Shown piece by piece: positions 23,173 to 33,200 of a stretch of DNA of 64,000 nucleotides. Source of the DNA: Massalongia carnosa (Eukaryota); the NCBI GenBank assembly GCA_965645245.1, contig OZ287072.1:2356001-2420000 (forward strand), given 5' to 3'. The number at the start of each line of letters is the position of its first letter. Positions within the stretch are counted from its first letter, which is position 1. Position numbers and translations under genes: made by a program. The notes beneath the pieces were generated by a model. The model had not been told where the DNA came from. It saw only the letters and a list, made by a program, of their open reading frames with translations, and searched no databases.

Positions 23173-26100
23173 TCAGGGGGAGGAAGAAAGACACTCTACA
23201 GCTAGCGAAAACTGTGTCAGTAGATTAGTCCGCATAAGCCAGCGAGCGGAGGCTCGTAAGCCCTTTTCGGTGGTCAGAAGGCGGCGATAATCCGTCGTTC
23301 CGGCGTCTCTGCATATGTTGCTTCGGCCGTTAATAAACCTGGGATAGCTGAGTAGCACATGCTTGAGCGTCTGGCGTGCCCATCCACAGCTACACGTCGG
23401 CGAAGCGAACGTGGGAACTCGACGAGAGAAGAGATAATCCGCCAAGCCAATACGCTCACTACGCATTTGAATGATGAGGCTGCTTTCGGATTTGCTGAAG
23501 TTCTTATGTAATCCCAGCCTCTTTATCGAAAGATCCTCAGTAAGCGCAGCGCAGGGATGACGCGGATGAGCCGCCTGATACGCGCTCCAGGTCTGTTTCC
23601 ACTGATTGTTGGCTAGCTCTCTGTCCGTCGGAGTGTCCTCTATCATGTCAGCAGGCCGGACTCGAGCAATCTGCCTCGTATACCAGTCACGCTTACGCTG
23701 AGCCGGCGTAGCGTTGAGGGCGCGCCGTCGTCTACCGCGCGAGGCAGTCAGCTTGCGCTTGATCTTCTCACAGAAAGCGGAGATACGTTGACCGTGTTCA
23801 TGTTCTTTAAGACGTCGTCGTGCCTTCGCCTGCAAGTGAGCCAGATGCAGCTGAATTGGAGAAACGTGAGTTTCGGCTTCGATGATGATTTGCGGAGTAG
23901 TGCGAAATCCTCCGCTTATCGCTCGCAGATACTCTCGCTGTATATCACCGAGCTGTTTGTCGATCCTCTGCGTGCCGTCGGGACGGCAATATGGCGAATG
24001 CCAGACGGTAGAGCCAAAGGTAATCGCCGGTCGCACGACGGCGCTATAAACGTTTCTCGCCTTCGTAAAGCACGCTCCCCACGTAGAAGCCGTAAGCCTG
24101 GATAATGCCAAGGTCTGCGTAGCCATTTTGCCCTGTATGAACTTTAGATGAGGGCCCCATTTAAGCTTGGAGTCGATCTGAATTCCAAGCACTCGCACCG
24201 ACGGCGAAGGCGTCTTGTCTATGCCTCCTATGCACACGGCAGCCGTCATGTCGAAGCGACGATCATTTCTGGCGAGATGTAGGAGCTCGTATTTAGCAGG
24301 CGCGAAGTGCGCTCCATGACGTCTAGCCCACAGCTCGCACATCTCGTGAGCACGTTCTAAAGCTCGACAGTTACTCGCAGTCGAGGTGCCGTATGCCAGT
24401 ATATTGATGTCGTCAATAAACCCCAACGCGGTGACTTTGAGTCGAGATCGCTCTAGCTCCTCCAAAATATCTGCGTTGTAAAAAATGTAGAGAATGGGCG
24501 ACACTGGCGACCCCTGCGGTATACCGGCGTGAACAAGGCGCATCGAAGACGTCTGACCGCCGATTGTCAGTGTGGACCTTCTTTGCTGTAAAAAGCTGCC
24601 GACCCATGCTACGATCCATTCAGAAATTTTTCTCTTGCGCAGATTGTGCAGCATTCTCTCCGCCGAGACGTGATCAAAGGCACCGGCCACATCAATGCTC
24701 AAAAGCGTGGCCACTTTGTCTGACCCCGTGTTCCACACCGTGTGTATCTGTTCGGTGAGGAGTTCAAGCGCCGTTTCACAGGATCTTTGTCGTCGTCCTC
24801 CCATCTGAGACTCAGGAAGCAGATTGTGGGTCTCCGCAATAGCGGCGATGCGTTTAGCTATGATCGATTCCAAGACCTTCCCAAGCGTATTCAGAAGCGC
24901 GATAGGTCTATAGGCCTTAGCGAGAGTGTAGTTCGGCTTGTTCGGCTTCTTGATTGCAATAGTGTGAGCCTCGCGAAAGCAGAGTGGGTGATACCCCTGC
25001 TCTGCGCAGGCGCGAAACAGAAGGACCAACGTGGGCAGTATCGACTTGATCAGAAGCTTGAGTATTCTATTCGGTATTCCGTCGGGCCCCGGAGCAGAGT
25101 CCGGCTTACAACGCTTGATTGCTGCCTCTATCTCCTCGCCTGTGATAAGAGACTCCGTTTCTGCGACAGCGGGAGGGTAGCGATACGTCGTCGTGTCGCT
25201 GAGGTCTGCCGCGGTTGCATTGGGGAAGAACATGTCAGAGAGAAGAGACGTCTTTTCGTCGAATGTGGACGCAGTGACTGCTGTGCCGTCCGCAAGCGTG
25301 TGCGTCAGATCGGGTACCTTGGGAATGTCTCGCGGTAAGTGACTGCACGTACGAGCCCATCGAGCAAGACGCCATATACCTTCGGACGCAGACGTCATCT
25401 CTACTAAGGTTCTTCTAAAGTCGAGCTTCTTCTCCTTGGTGATGATCTTCTTCTTTTCATCCGCCGATTTGAGATACCTGCGCCACGTTGCCTCTGTCTT
25501 CCACCTCGTCCACTCGCGTCTTCGACGTCGAGTCTCCGCCACAGCGACAGCGCAACGCTCGTTCCAGAAGGGTTTGGAGACGGGGCAGGGAGCCGTCCAG
25601 GGAATGGTCTCATTTATCGCGTCAATAATGGCGGACTGTAGTCGATTCGCTAAGTCGTCTATGGCTTGCGGGGTACGCGGCCACTCCGTGACTACAGGTA
25701 GACGAAGACTTTTCGCCAGATTTTCTTCGTCGGCTCGCTTCCATGCTCTCTTGCGACGTTTCACGCTCAGCTCCACCTCTAGCGTCAGCTTGGTAGAGAC
25801 GGGTATGTGATCGGACGATTGGTTCATCTCCGGACGGGTGTGACAGTGCAGCAGACTGTGTCTCAGGGAGTCGGTCATGAACACTAGGTCTATCGTGCTC
25901 GTGGATCTGCGTGCCTCCCAAGTGACAGAGCCACTAGGTAGAGTGAGCTGCATAGACGCCGCACGAACGACGTCGAGAAGCTGGTCGGCCGCTTGATGTT
26001 GTGTAGGCCTGGAGGGGCCACTCCACAGAGGGTGATGCAGATTAAAGTCTCCCAGCAAGATGTGTTCCTCTTCATCCCGCTCATGAATCTTTCGTCTCAC

Positions 26101-26499
26101 CGCCTCCACGCTTTCGAGTAGCTGGCGAGAAGAATGCGAGTCGGGTGATTGACTGTAGACGTTATGTATATTGATGTATCGTGGCTCATTACTCGCAGAT
26201 ATTCTTAGTCTCATTGTGCACACGTCCGGCGTGAGGAAGTCCACAGCCCAAGAATTGACGTCTAATCTTTTATTAATATAGAAACACGCACGTACATTCT
26301 CATTCGACATAAACGCAAGATGAAAGCCGGAATTGAACGGATTGTGCGACGTGCAAACGCTGGGGTTGCGCCATGGTTCCTGAATGGCTAAGACGTCATA
26401 CTCCTCTATTCTCTTGTCCGCCAGTAGAGGGGTCATGACCCCGTTCTTGCTCTTTCTGATGTTATACTGTAATATTGAAAGAGATGTCTGTCCCGCCAT
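23173..26499 (-). CDS. LINE ORF2: AP endonuclease + reverse transcriptase
   Basis: ILQYN, AIQEPW, LGDFNLHH and SDH endonuclease motifs; APGPDG, YRPIALL, GIPQGSP and FIDD RT motifs; C-terminal CSC..H knuckle with the last Cys apparently changed to Tyr. Confidence 0.96.
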   Translation of the reverse strand: MAGQTSLSILQYNIRKSKNGVMTPLLADKRIEEYDVLAIQEPWRNPSVCTSHNPFNSGFHLAFMSNENVRACFYINKRLDVNSWAVDFLTPDVCTMRLRISASNEPRYINIHNVYSQSPDSHSSRQLLESVEAVRRKIHERDEEEHILLGDFNLHHPLWSGPSRPTQHQAADQLLDVVRAASMQLTLPSGSVTWEARRSTSTIDLVFMTDSLRHSLLHCHTRPEMNQSSDHIPVSTKLTLEVELSVKRRKRAWKRADEENLAKSLRLPVVTEWPRTPQAIDDLANRLQSAIIDAINETIPWTAPCPVSKPFWNERCAVAVAETRRRRREWTRWKTEATWRRYLKSADEKKKIITKEKKLDFRRTLVEMTSASEGIWRLARWARTCSHLPRDIPKVPDLTHTLADGTAVTASTFDEKTSLLSDMFFPNATAADLSDTTTYRYPPAVAETESLITGEEIEAAIKRCKPDSAPGPDGIPNRILKLLIKSILPTLVLLFRACAEQGYHPLCFREAHTIAIKKPNKPNYTLAKAYRPIALLNTLGKVLESIIAKRIAAIAETHNLLPESQMGGRRQRSCETALELLTEQIHTVWNTGSDKVATLLSIDVAGAFDHVSAERMLHNLRKRKISEWIVAWVGSFLQQRRSTLTIGGQTSSMRLVHAGIPQGSPVSPILYIFYNADILEELERSRLKVTALGFIDDINILAYGTSTASNCRALERAHEMCELWARRHGAHFAPAKYELLHLARNDRRFDMTAAVCIGGIDKTPSPSVRVLGIQIDSKLKWGPHLKFIQGKMATQTLALSRLTASTWGACFTKARNVYSAVVRPAITFGSTVWHSPYCRPDGTQRIDKQLGDIQREYLRAISGGFRTTPQIIIEAETHVSPIQLHLAHLQAKARRRLKEHEHGQRISAFCEKIKRKLTASRGRRRRALNATPAQRKRDWYTRQIARVRPADMIEDTPTDRELANNQWKQTWSAYQAAHPRHPCAALTEDLSIKRLGLHKNFSKSESSLIIQMRSERIGLADYLFSRRVPTFASPTCSCGWARQTLKHVLLSYPRFINGRSNICRDAGTTDYRRLLTTEKGLRASARWLMRTNLLTQFSLAVECLSSSP

Positions 26500-28169
26500 T
26501 ACTGGGTATTTCGGGAGACTTTGCCGCTGATTCTGTGAAGCGGCGGGCGGCCGCGCTTCGGCTTGGGCTGTGGCTGTGTCTGCGAATGCGCCTTCGGCGC
26601 CGGAGGAGGCATGGGGTAACGAAGGAGTGCAAGGGCGCTGTCAGACCTATGAGAAGACGAGGCCGGCTGTGAGTCAGGTACAACCGACACGCTGGCTCTG
26701 CGCCTAGTAGGAGATGGCGAGGAGCCTTCTCCAGGTCCCTGCGAGTGTGCCCTCTTGCCGTGTGTAGAGGGGAGAGCCGGAAAGCTGTTGGTGACTGTAT
26801 TAATGTCGAGGCTCATAATCGTGGAGCCGTCCTGAGTCAACTCGTTCGGCTCCTCGGCCTCGGGGGTTGGCGAGCGGCTTCGCTCGCGCACTGCCTGATG
26901 ACGTGTTGGCGCAGGTGTATGAGACGTCGTGTCGCCGGCGTTATTGCGTCGTTCTACTGTCTGACTTTGTCGAGGAAGGACAACCGCCTCCGTCTCGACA
27001 TGCCACGTTGGTCGGTTCTTCCAGATACCATTCAGGCGCTCCTTCTCCTCTTTTCGGACGGGGCAGAGGTGAGACCACGCCGGATGATTCCCGCCGCACA
27101 CGGCGCACTTGCGTCGATCCGCAGGCGCTTTGCATGCTTGCGAGCGATGTCCTTGAGCGCAGCCTGCGCATCGAAGGGCGTTCTTGCATGCGGTGCCCGT
27201 ATGTCCGTACTTCTGGCAGTGAAAGCACTGTTTTAGACGACAGTTCTTATCGAAGTACTCACATATTCTATGCGAGTAATCCTGCAGAAGACCCTCTTTA
27301 ATCAGTCTGTTTGCCGTCTCTGCGGTGGCTACTTCAACTATTAGCGAGGAGTGAATCTTGGCTTCTGAAACTGCCCTTTTGGTCCATGCAATGCGGTAGA
27401 TCTGCAGTCCCGGATGAAGCTGCTCATTCTGTTTCTCTAGACTCTTGATGGTAGCTTGTGCGTTAACTGTGTCGACGCTGTCTACGCGCACCCCATGCGC
27501 TAACACAGCGAATGTGCGTCGCACTACATACGCTGAGTCCGCAAGCCCTTTATGTAGCTGTTGATCCATCTCCATTCTAGCCTTAGCTTCCATCGTGCAC
27601 GCCAGCAGCTCCAAGTCGCCGCTTGGGAGACGTCGCACCGCCAGTACATCGCCGGTCTTCTCCTCGATAGTCTTGATTCTGTCCATAAGTGCCTTGTTCG
27701 ACAAGGCTTTGATTCCGACTTTCTCTGCGTCGTTCCTGAACTTGATCAGAACGGACTTTCTTCTCTTTATCCCCTCCAGCTGTCGTTGCTGCTCCATTAC
27801 GGAGTTGCGCGTCGCCGTCGTGTTGCTGTCGTTTCTGCTACTTCCTGCGGACGCTACCGCGGCGTAGCTCTTGACTGCTGCCGTCGTCTTGGTCGTGTTC
27901 GCTTCTATGCGCGTTAATTGCTGTTGAATCAGCTGCACATCATTGCGTAGCTCGCTCTCCGGAAGCGCGAGAAAGTGAATCAACTCCTTTGCTTCTTGTA
28001 GCAGTGTCAAGATCTCTGATCCCTTACTTATCTCTCTGGATTTGTCGCGTAGCTGTTTTTCAATGTCAGCTATTGCGCGTACTGCTCGGCTCGTAAGGTT
28101 TGCGCTGCTTTTCTTCTCTTGTAGCGCCCGCGCAGCGATGTCGCCACGCCGCCTACTCGGCGTCGACAT
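26499..28169 (-). CDS. LINE ORF1 (gag-like, zinc knuckles)
   Basis: CFHCQKYGH, CAGCAQGH and CAVCGGNH knuckles; its stop overlaps the ORF2 start (TAATG). Confidence 0.94.
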   Translation of the reverse strand: MSTPSRRRGDIAARALQEKKSSANLTSRAVRAIADIEKQLRDKSREISKGSEILTLLQEAKELIHFLALPESELRNDVQLIQQQLTRIEANTTKTTAAVKSYAAVASAGSSRNDSNTTATRNSVMEQQRQLEGIKRRKSVLIKFRNDAEKVGIKALSNKALMDRIKTIEEKTGDVLAVRRLPSGDLELLACTMEAKARMEMDQQLHKGLADSAYVVRRTFAVLAHGVRVDSVDTVNAQATIKSLEKQNEQLHPGLQIYRIAWTKRAVSEAKIHSSLIVEVATAETANRLIKEGLLQDYSHRICEYFDKNCRLKQCFHCQKYGHTGTACKNALRCAGCAQGHRSQACKAPADRRKCAVCGGNHPAWSHLCPVRKEEKERLNGIWKNRPTWHVETEAVVLPRQSQTVERRNNAGDTTSHTPAPTRHQAVRERSRSPTPEAEEPNELTQDGSTIMSLDINTVTNSFPALPSTHGKRAHSQGPGEGSSPSPTRRRASVSVVPDSQPASSSHRSDSALALLRYPMPPPAPKAHSQTQPQPKPKRGRPPLHRISGKVSRNTQ

Positions 28170-28343
28170 AACGTCGGTACGCGTTACAAGGGAAGACGTG
28201 TTGAGAGAATAGATAGATGTGAGTCAAATCAATAATAGTAGCCTAGATTGTGGTTGTCCTTCAAAAATGGAATGTCAAATCCTGCATTTTGCACTTTTCC
28301 CATTTTCACTACCATTTCTGCTACAAATCGAGGACAACAACGG

Positions 28344-30411
28344 TTATGTAGAAACTGATTGATTATGACGCTGGTAAAATAGCTTCGCTTGTCTGGGCAT
28401 CGATCTGGCGATTCTTTTATACCTTTTGTCCAGGGCAATCTGCTTCTTTTCAGCAGCTAGTGTGGCACGTTCATAGGCCAGTCTGGTCTTTTCCACCTCG
28501 TTCTGACAACGTTTCGAGGTTTTGGCCCGTACATCTCCCACAGTTATGACCTCTCCCTTCTGGGCGACCTTTCCATCCAATTTTCTACGGGCCGCCTTCG
28601 CGATGGACTGCTGTTGACTGGCTCGAAGGTCCCGCTCAATAATCTGACGTGCATGCGCATTGGAAATAGAGCCCTTCACAAATCGATTCACATGACAATC
28701 CCATTCATTGTTCAGCACGTTGTATTTCTTCAAACTCATTCGAAGGTGTAAGCCATATTCAACCACCTCTTTAGTCGTACGGGGCGTTCTGGCGAGCAGG
28801 GGCTGACAAAGGTGGGGGCCGGGTAGCAGGTCTCCGAGTTTGAATTGCCTCCAGCTTTCGAATTACCACATTGGGGTTATAAGGCACCAGACCCGTGTTT
28901 CTGAATGACGATAATATGGTAGATGAGGTGAATGTTTGATTTCGCATGCGCTGAAAAATGGACAAAAAATCCAGTTTGTCGAAATCTGCCCCTCCGAGTC
29001 GCACCATTTCGTCAATGCCTTCGGAATGATAATGTTTGAACGGCTGAAAACATCCTACATCCAATGGCTGAGTGAGATGTGTTGAATGAGGCGGCAAACG
29101 AAACAATTCAATGTGATTTCGTTTGGCATATGTAAAAAACTCATATGTCATATGAGATCCATACCCGTCCATGATCAACATACGCCAGGCCCCTACCTGA
29201 CCCTTTCAACTGTGTTTATCGAAATGTTTCAACCAATCAATAGCCAAATCATCATTGGAATAGCCGGTAGGACTAGTAGTCAACAAAACATCGTCATTCA
29301 GATCGTTTTGTTGTGTCCACTTTTCGAGAATCAAACCCCCCGCGATAATCACCATGGGGGGAATGTTTCGCCCCCCAGCACTAATACACTCACACGAGGT
29401 GACATATTCTCTATTATCTGGATCTGTCAATAGCAAGGGCTTTCTGGAGTGAGTTGATATAACCCAATGAGCCTGCCACAGCCAATTCGAAAGCCCGTTT
29501 CATCCATGTTCCAAACGTCCTCGTCCGCTATTCCCCGCGTCTTTCGCGCAGTTCGATATGTAATTCGCGGGCTCCATCGTGTCAGCTGAACATATACATA
29601 ATTTCTATCTATGTTTGGGCAACTCTCCCCTCGCTGCTGCCCTGCTGGCGCTCAGTTTTGCTGAGGGCCCCTCCTATAATGGCTTTGTTTTGGCAGCAGT
29701 GAGGGGAAAAACTCCATCTACCTATGCGGCTGATTCAGGGAGTGGGTGGGTGGAAAAGACCTTTTGGTGCTGAACTCCGAATCAATGGTGATGATGAGGA
29801 GAAGAGTGCCAAAAGGCCACCTATTTATGCCCTTTCTCTCCCTTGTTTGTCCAACTATTTTGGACATCATCCTCCTTTGTCCTTCGGCCTTTGTTGGCTG
29901 TTCGCGGCCTGCCTCCACTCGGTCCCGGCATTACCTTTCGCCTTAGCCGAATTTCTGCTTCAAAATACTCGAGCATGTCCTTTGCATTGTGCGCGTGTTT
30001 TCGCTCAGCGGCCAGAGGTTTTTGTTTTCGCTTGAAAAATTGAGGATGACGATTGAGGAAACGTTTGGTCCAGGCCTCGCTGACGTGAGGGGGGGGGATG
30101 GAGGCGTCTAAATGAGCATCTCGAAGTCGATAATTAGCAGCCCCCCGAACCATTGAAAACCTGGCTGATTGTTCGGCTTGATCGAGCATCACAGTATACT
30201 CACAAAGGGCCAATTCTTGTTCATCAGATAAGGCCTTGTTGGGGCCAGATCGACCGATGAGCGAACCCTCTCCAGCAAGTCGTCTTTGAAGCGTACGAAT
30301 GTCGACATCGAAATCAATGGCTAATGCGCGTATACTTCGAAATTCACCCGTGTTCCACGCGTTTATAGCATCGAAAATTTGATCCTCCTTATTAGAATAT
30401 GAGTTAGGCAT
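28344..30411 (-). pseudogene. Disrupted pogo/Fot1 transposase
   Basis: N-terminal HTH (30411-29956), WNMDETGF, LIMDGYGSH, QPLDVGCF; broken by an insertion, frameshifts and stops. Confidence 0.9.
29559..29955. mobile_element. Unclassified ~397-bp insertion (solo-LTR-like, hairpin-rich, no TSD)
   Basis: Removing it restores transposase ..YFEAYRTARK..; ends TGTAATTCG / CGAATTTC. Confidence 0.7.
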
Positions 30412-30973
30412 GGTGGTGGTAGATGAACGACGTGGTGAAAATGGTAGTGAAAATGGGAAAAGTGCGTCAGTAGACTGTATGCGTCAGTAGACCGTTGGGC
30501 ACTAGACCCTGACTCGTTTGGGGTTTAGTGTTTTGGCACGATTAATAGCTATCACAACTGGGTCTTGGCCTTTGATTCATCGCCATGCAGAGTAAGAGTT
30601 AAGGCAAACTATGATTAATCCCGATCATTGTGATGGACCATCTCCAGATAATTGGTGCCTTCGGCGCGGGCCGAGCACCTCCGAGTCATGTGACACTCCT
30701 AAGCACTGAGTTTATTGCAATCAATTTTTGTCCACGTGCCACCTTTCATTTACGAATACGGTTTTATTAATAACTTATCAATAACAAAAGCGTAAGTTTA
30801 ATTTTACTACAAATAAAACCCTGTAAATAATAAAGAAAATACAAGTTAGCGATCGATTAAACATGTAAAGTCGGGTATTATTCCACGTCTGTTTATGTCG
30901 AGGTATAAAAGTTAAGCAACGTGAAAAATTCTTTCCCTTTTCAACTCCTCCCAACAACACCATCTTCATCAAC

Positions 30974-31850
30974 ATGCAAACACGCACGCGACTCCCCCGT
31001 GCCTGCCGCCACGACCGCACTCCTCTCCTATCAACCGGCCGTCGCCGGCACAAAAAACCACCCTCTTCCATCCTCGGCCCTGCCCCAGGTTCAGCTCCCA
31101 ACTCCGCCTTCCGCCCCGCTAAAGCCAGTTTCGGAAATCGTCCCTCATGGAATGTTCAGCCACTTTCCCGTTCGGTTAGCGTCCCCATTTCATCCGCGCC
31201 TTCTTCTCCGTCGAGTGTCCCGTCTTCACCCGATCCTCCAAAGCTTGTCGTTGATGATTCAGTTTCGGCTATTGCCGTTTCTGGTGACGCGGTTCCTTTG
31301 CCTCCGCCTCCGCCTCCGAAGTGGGTGGGGCCGACCCCGAAAGTGGGCGTTTGTCTTCGGTGCTCTAAGCTCCTTATGGATCGAGAAGATGTTGCCTGTG
31401 TGTGGACGAGGGAGTCTAGTAAATGCGGCGAATGCATTCGCAAGAAACATTGTTGTCTTCCGGTAACTAGATAAGCTGATCCAAGACAAAGTTGAGACTT
31501 AACCTGACGGTTTATTAGGTCCCTATAGTTTTTCAACGCACAGTTTCACAGCTAATATCTGAAATCTCTGGCCTGAGCACTAATGCCTTAACCGAAACCG
31601 CGCGTGTCCGCCGCCGTTTTAACGGCTACGTCAAGCGATTGTCGGTTTGGGAGGGTCAGCGCGCAAGAGATCTGAAGTCTGACCGGGGGGTTTTGGATGC
31701 TCTTGCTCGTGTGGAACGCTTGATTTTTGAGGGCAATGCTCTTGCGCGTTATCAGGTATGGTTCTTTTCTATGTTACTTTATTAAACTAATAGTCTTAGG
31801 CTGGTCTAGAGGTGGGGCCCCCTGAGGGTGAGGATATTATGGAGGACTGA
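30974..31850 (+). CDS. Three-exon gene (~258 aa): Pro/Ser-rich N-terminus and atypical Zn2Cys6-like cluster
   Basis: Exons 30974-31462, 31519-31755 and 31800-31850 with GT..AG introns, all in frame; pattern C-x2-C-x11-C-x8-C-x2-C-x6-C. Confidence 0.75.
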
Positions 31851-32197
31851 GAGCTTATTTTTTGTTCTCGTGATCCTCGTGACAATTGTATCGTAGTCGA
31901 GTTCTTTTGAATTTTGAATATATTCATAACACTTTTATTCTTGTATTATGTACAGCTTATCAAAAATAACTACCTTTCGTATCTTTAATTTCGTTCGATA
32001 AAAACTATTCAACTGTAATATTTATCGTAAATAAAGAGACTTAACGAGAAAAGCCTCTGTTCCTTTTTAAAAAGTTATTACAAAATATTAACTTATTATT
32101 TTTTTTCGATTAAACAGACTAAGTGTTGAGGATGTTCTCTATGATATTGCAGAACCTTTTCGATAGACTTTCTGAAGTCGGTCCATGGTTGCCAAGG

Positions 32198-32404
32198 ATC
32201 GGTCCTCCTCCTTCTACACCATCGGTCCTCCTCCTTCTACACCATCGGTCCTCCTCCTTCTACACCATCGGTCCTCCTCCTTCTACACCATCGGTCCTCC
32301 TCCTTCTACACCATCGGTCCTGCTCCTTCTACACCATCGGTCCTCCTCCTTCTACACCATCGGTCCTCCTCCTTCTACACCATCGGTCCTCCTCCTTCTA
32401 CATC
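32198..32404. repeat. 23-bp tandem array, ~9 copies
   Basis: Unit ATCGGTCCTCCTCCTTCTACACC. Confidence 0.96.
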
Positions 32405-32488
32405 ACGCGTCGCAGACGTACGTACGGAAGAGGATACGAAAGCCAACCGCCGGGGGGTCGAATGCGCGCGTCCCTGCACCATGCTTCT

Positions 32489-33200
32489 AAGGGTTCAAGT
32501 CCCTTCATGCAGTCATCAGCTGGAAGAAGATGTGGACCAAAGGAGCCCCATCATCCCCCACCCGGGCACAGTCGACACGCGTTCTAGCTCCTGAGAGTTC
32601 AAGTCTCCCCATGCAGTCATCAGCTGGGATCAACAGAACGCGTAAAGGCACCGGGGCGAATGCCGTCACCTCAAGAAAACTCCATCTCGGAGCAGAATAA
32701 CAATATCCTATTTAACAGGCCCGGCCTGTTAAATAAATTCGAGGAAAACACAGAGTCACAAAACACATATTCATCAATCACACGTTGTGCAAAGCACACA
32801 GTCACAAAGCACACAGTCACAAACATACAGTCACAAACACACAGTCACAAAACACACAGTCACAAAACACACAGTCACAAATCAATAACACGTCCCTGTG
32901 AAGGGGGTTCTGCGGGGCTCGTTAAGGCAGATCTGCACCCCGTTAATATCGGAGTACATATTTTTAGAGGTTCAAGTCCTTTCTAGCAGTCATCAGCTGA
33001 AAATAATGCATTTTGACACGGGCATGGTGTGGATTTGACACGGGTAGACCTCGATGGATCACAAAACGAATGAAAAGAGTTCAGCGGAATTTCGTTAATA
33101 TTGTTCTCGAAGACCTCGTTGATAAGATTTTCATAGACCTCGTTAACAACGTTCGTTCATACTCTTAAAGGTTCAAGTCCTTTCATGCAGTCATCGGCTG
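32489..33200 (+). repeat. Four spaced 34-bp motifs with a tRNA T-arm/B-box-like hairpin
   Basis: Copies at 32489, 32593, 32966 and 33167: RRRRG-TTCAAGT-CYYYY-C(AT/TA)GCAGTCATCRGCTG. Confidence 0.85.
32796..32880. repeat. Short tandem repeat (ACACAGTCACAA-like, ~6 copies)
   Basis: Repeating 14-15-bp unit. Confidence 0.85.

Larger units (their letters stand above)
22922..28290 (-). mobile_element. Full-length Tad1-like LINE (non-LTR retrotransposon)
   Basis: ORF1 plus ORF2; short (TAA)n-like 3' tail; 14-bp TSD GCACTTTTCCCATT (22908-22921, 28291-28304). Confidence 0.93.
22831..30542 (-). mobile_element. pogo/Fot1-type DNA transposon carrying a LINE and a 0.4-kb insert
   Basis: TIRs ATCGTGCCAAAACACTAAACCCC.. 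at 22831 and inverted ending at 30542, TA flanks. The left TIR is split by the LINE and resumes at 28291. Confidence 0.93.

Noticed and set aside
23274..27917. Many antisense or alternate-frame ORFs over the LINE (similar ones overlie the gypsy and MULE genes)
   Set aside because: Shadow ORFs of GC-rich coding sequence.
32123..32587. ORFs of 154 and 101 aa
   Set aside because: They are translations of the 23-bp tandem repeat.
32489..33200. Hammerhead ribozymes on the minus strand (CTGATGA..GAAA)
   Set aside because: Only 6 non-pairing nt lie between the boxes, GAAA is not conserved (GAAG, GGGG), one copy has CCGATGA, and stem I is unconvincing. The plus-strand T-arm explains the covariation better.
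32489..33200. CRISPR array or tRNA genes
   Set aside because: Eukaryotic context, very unequal spacers and no cas genes; no D-arm/anticodon cloverleaf or A-box found.
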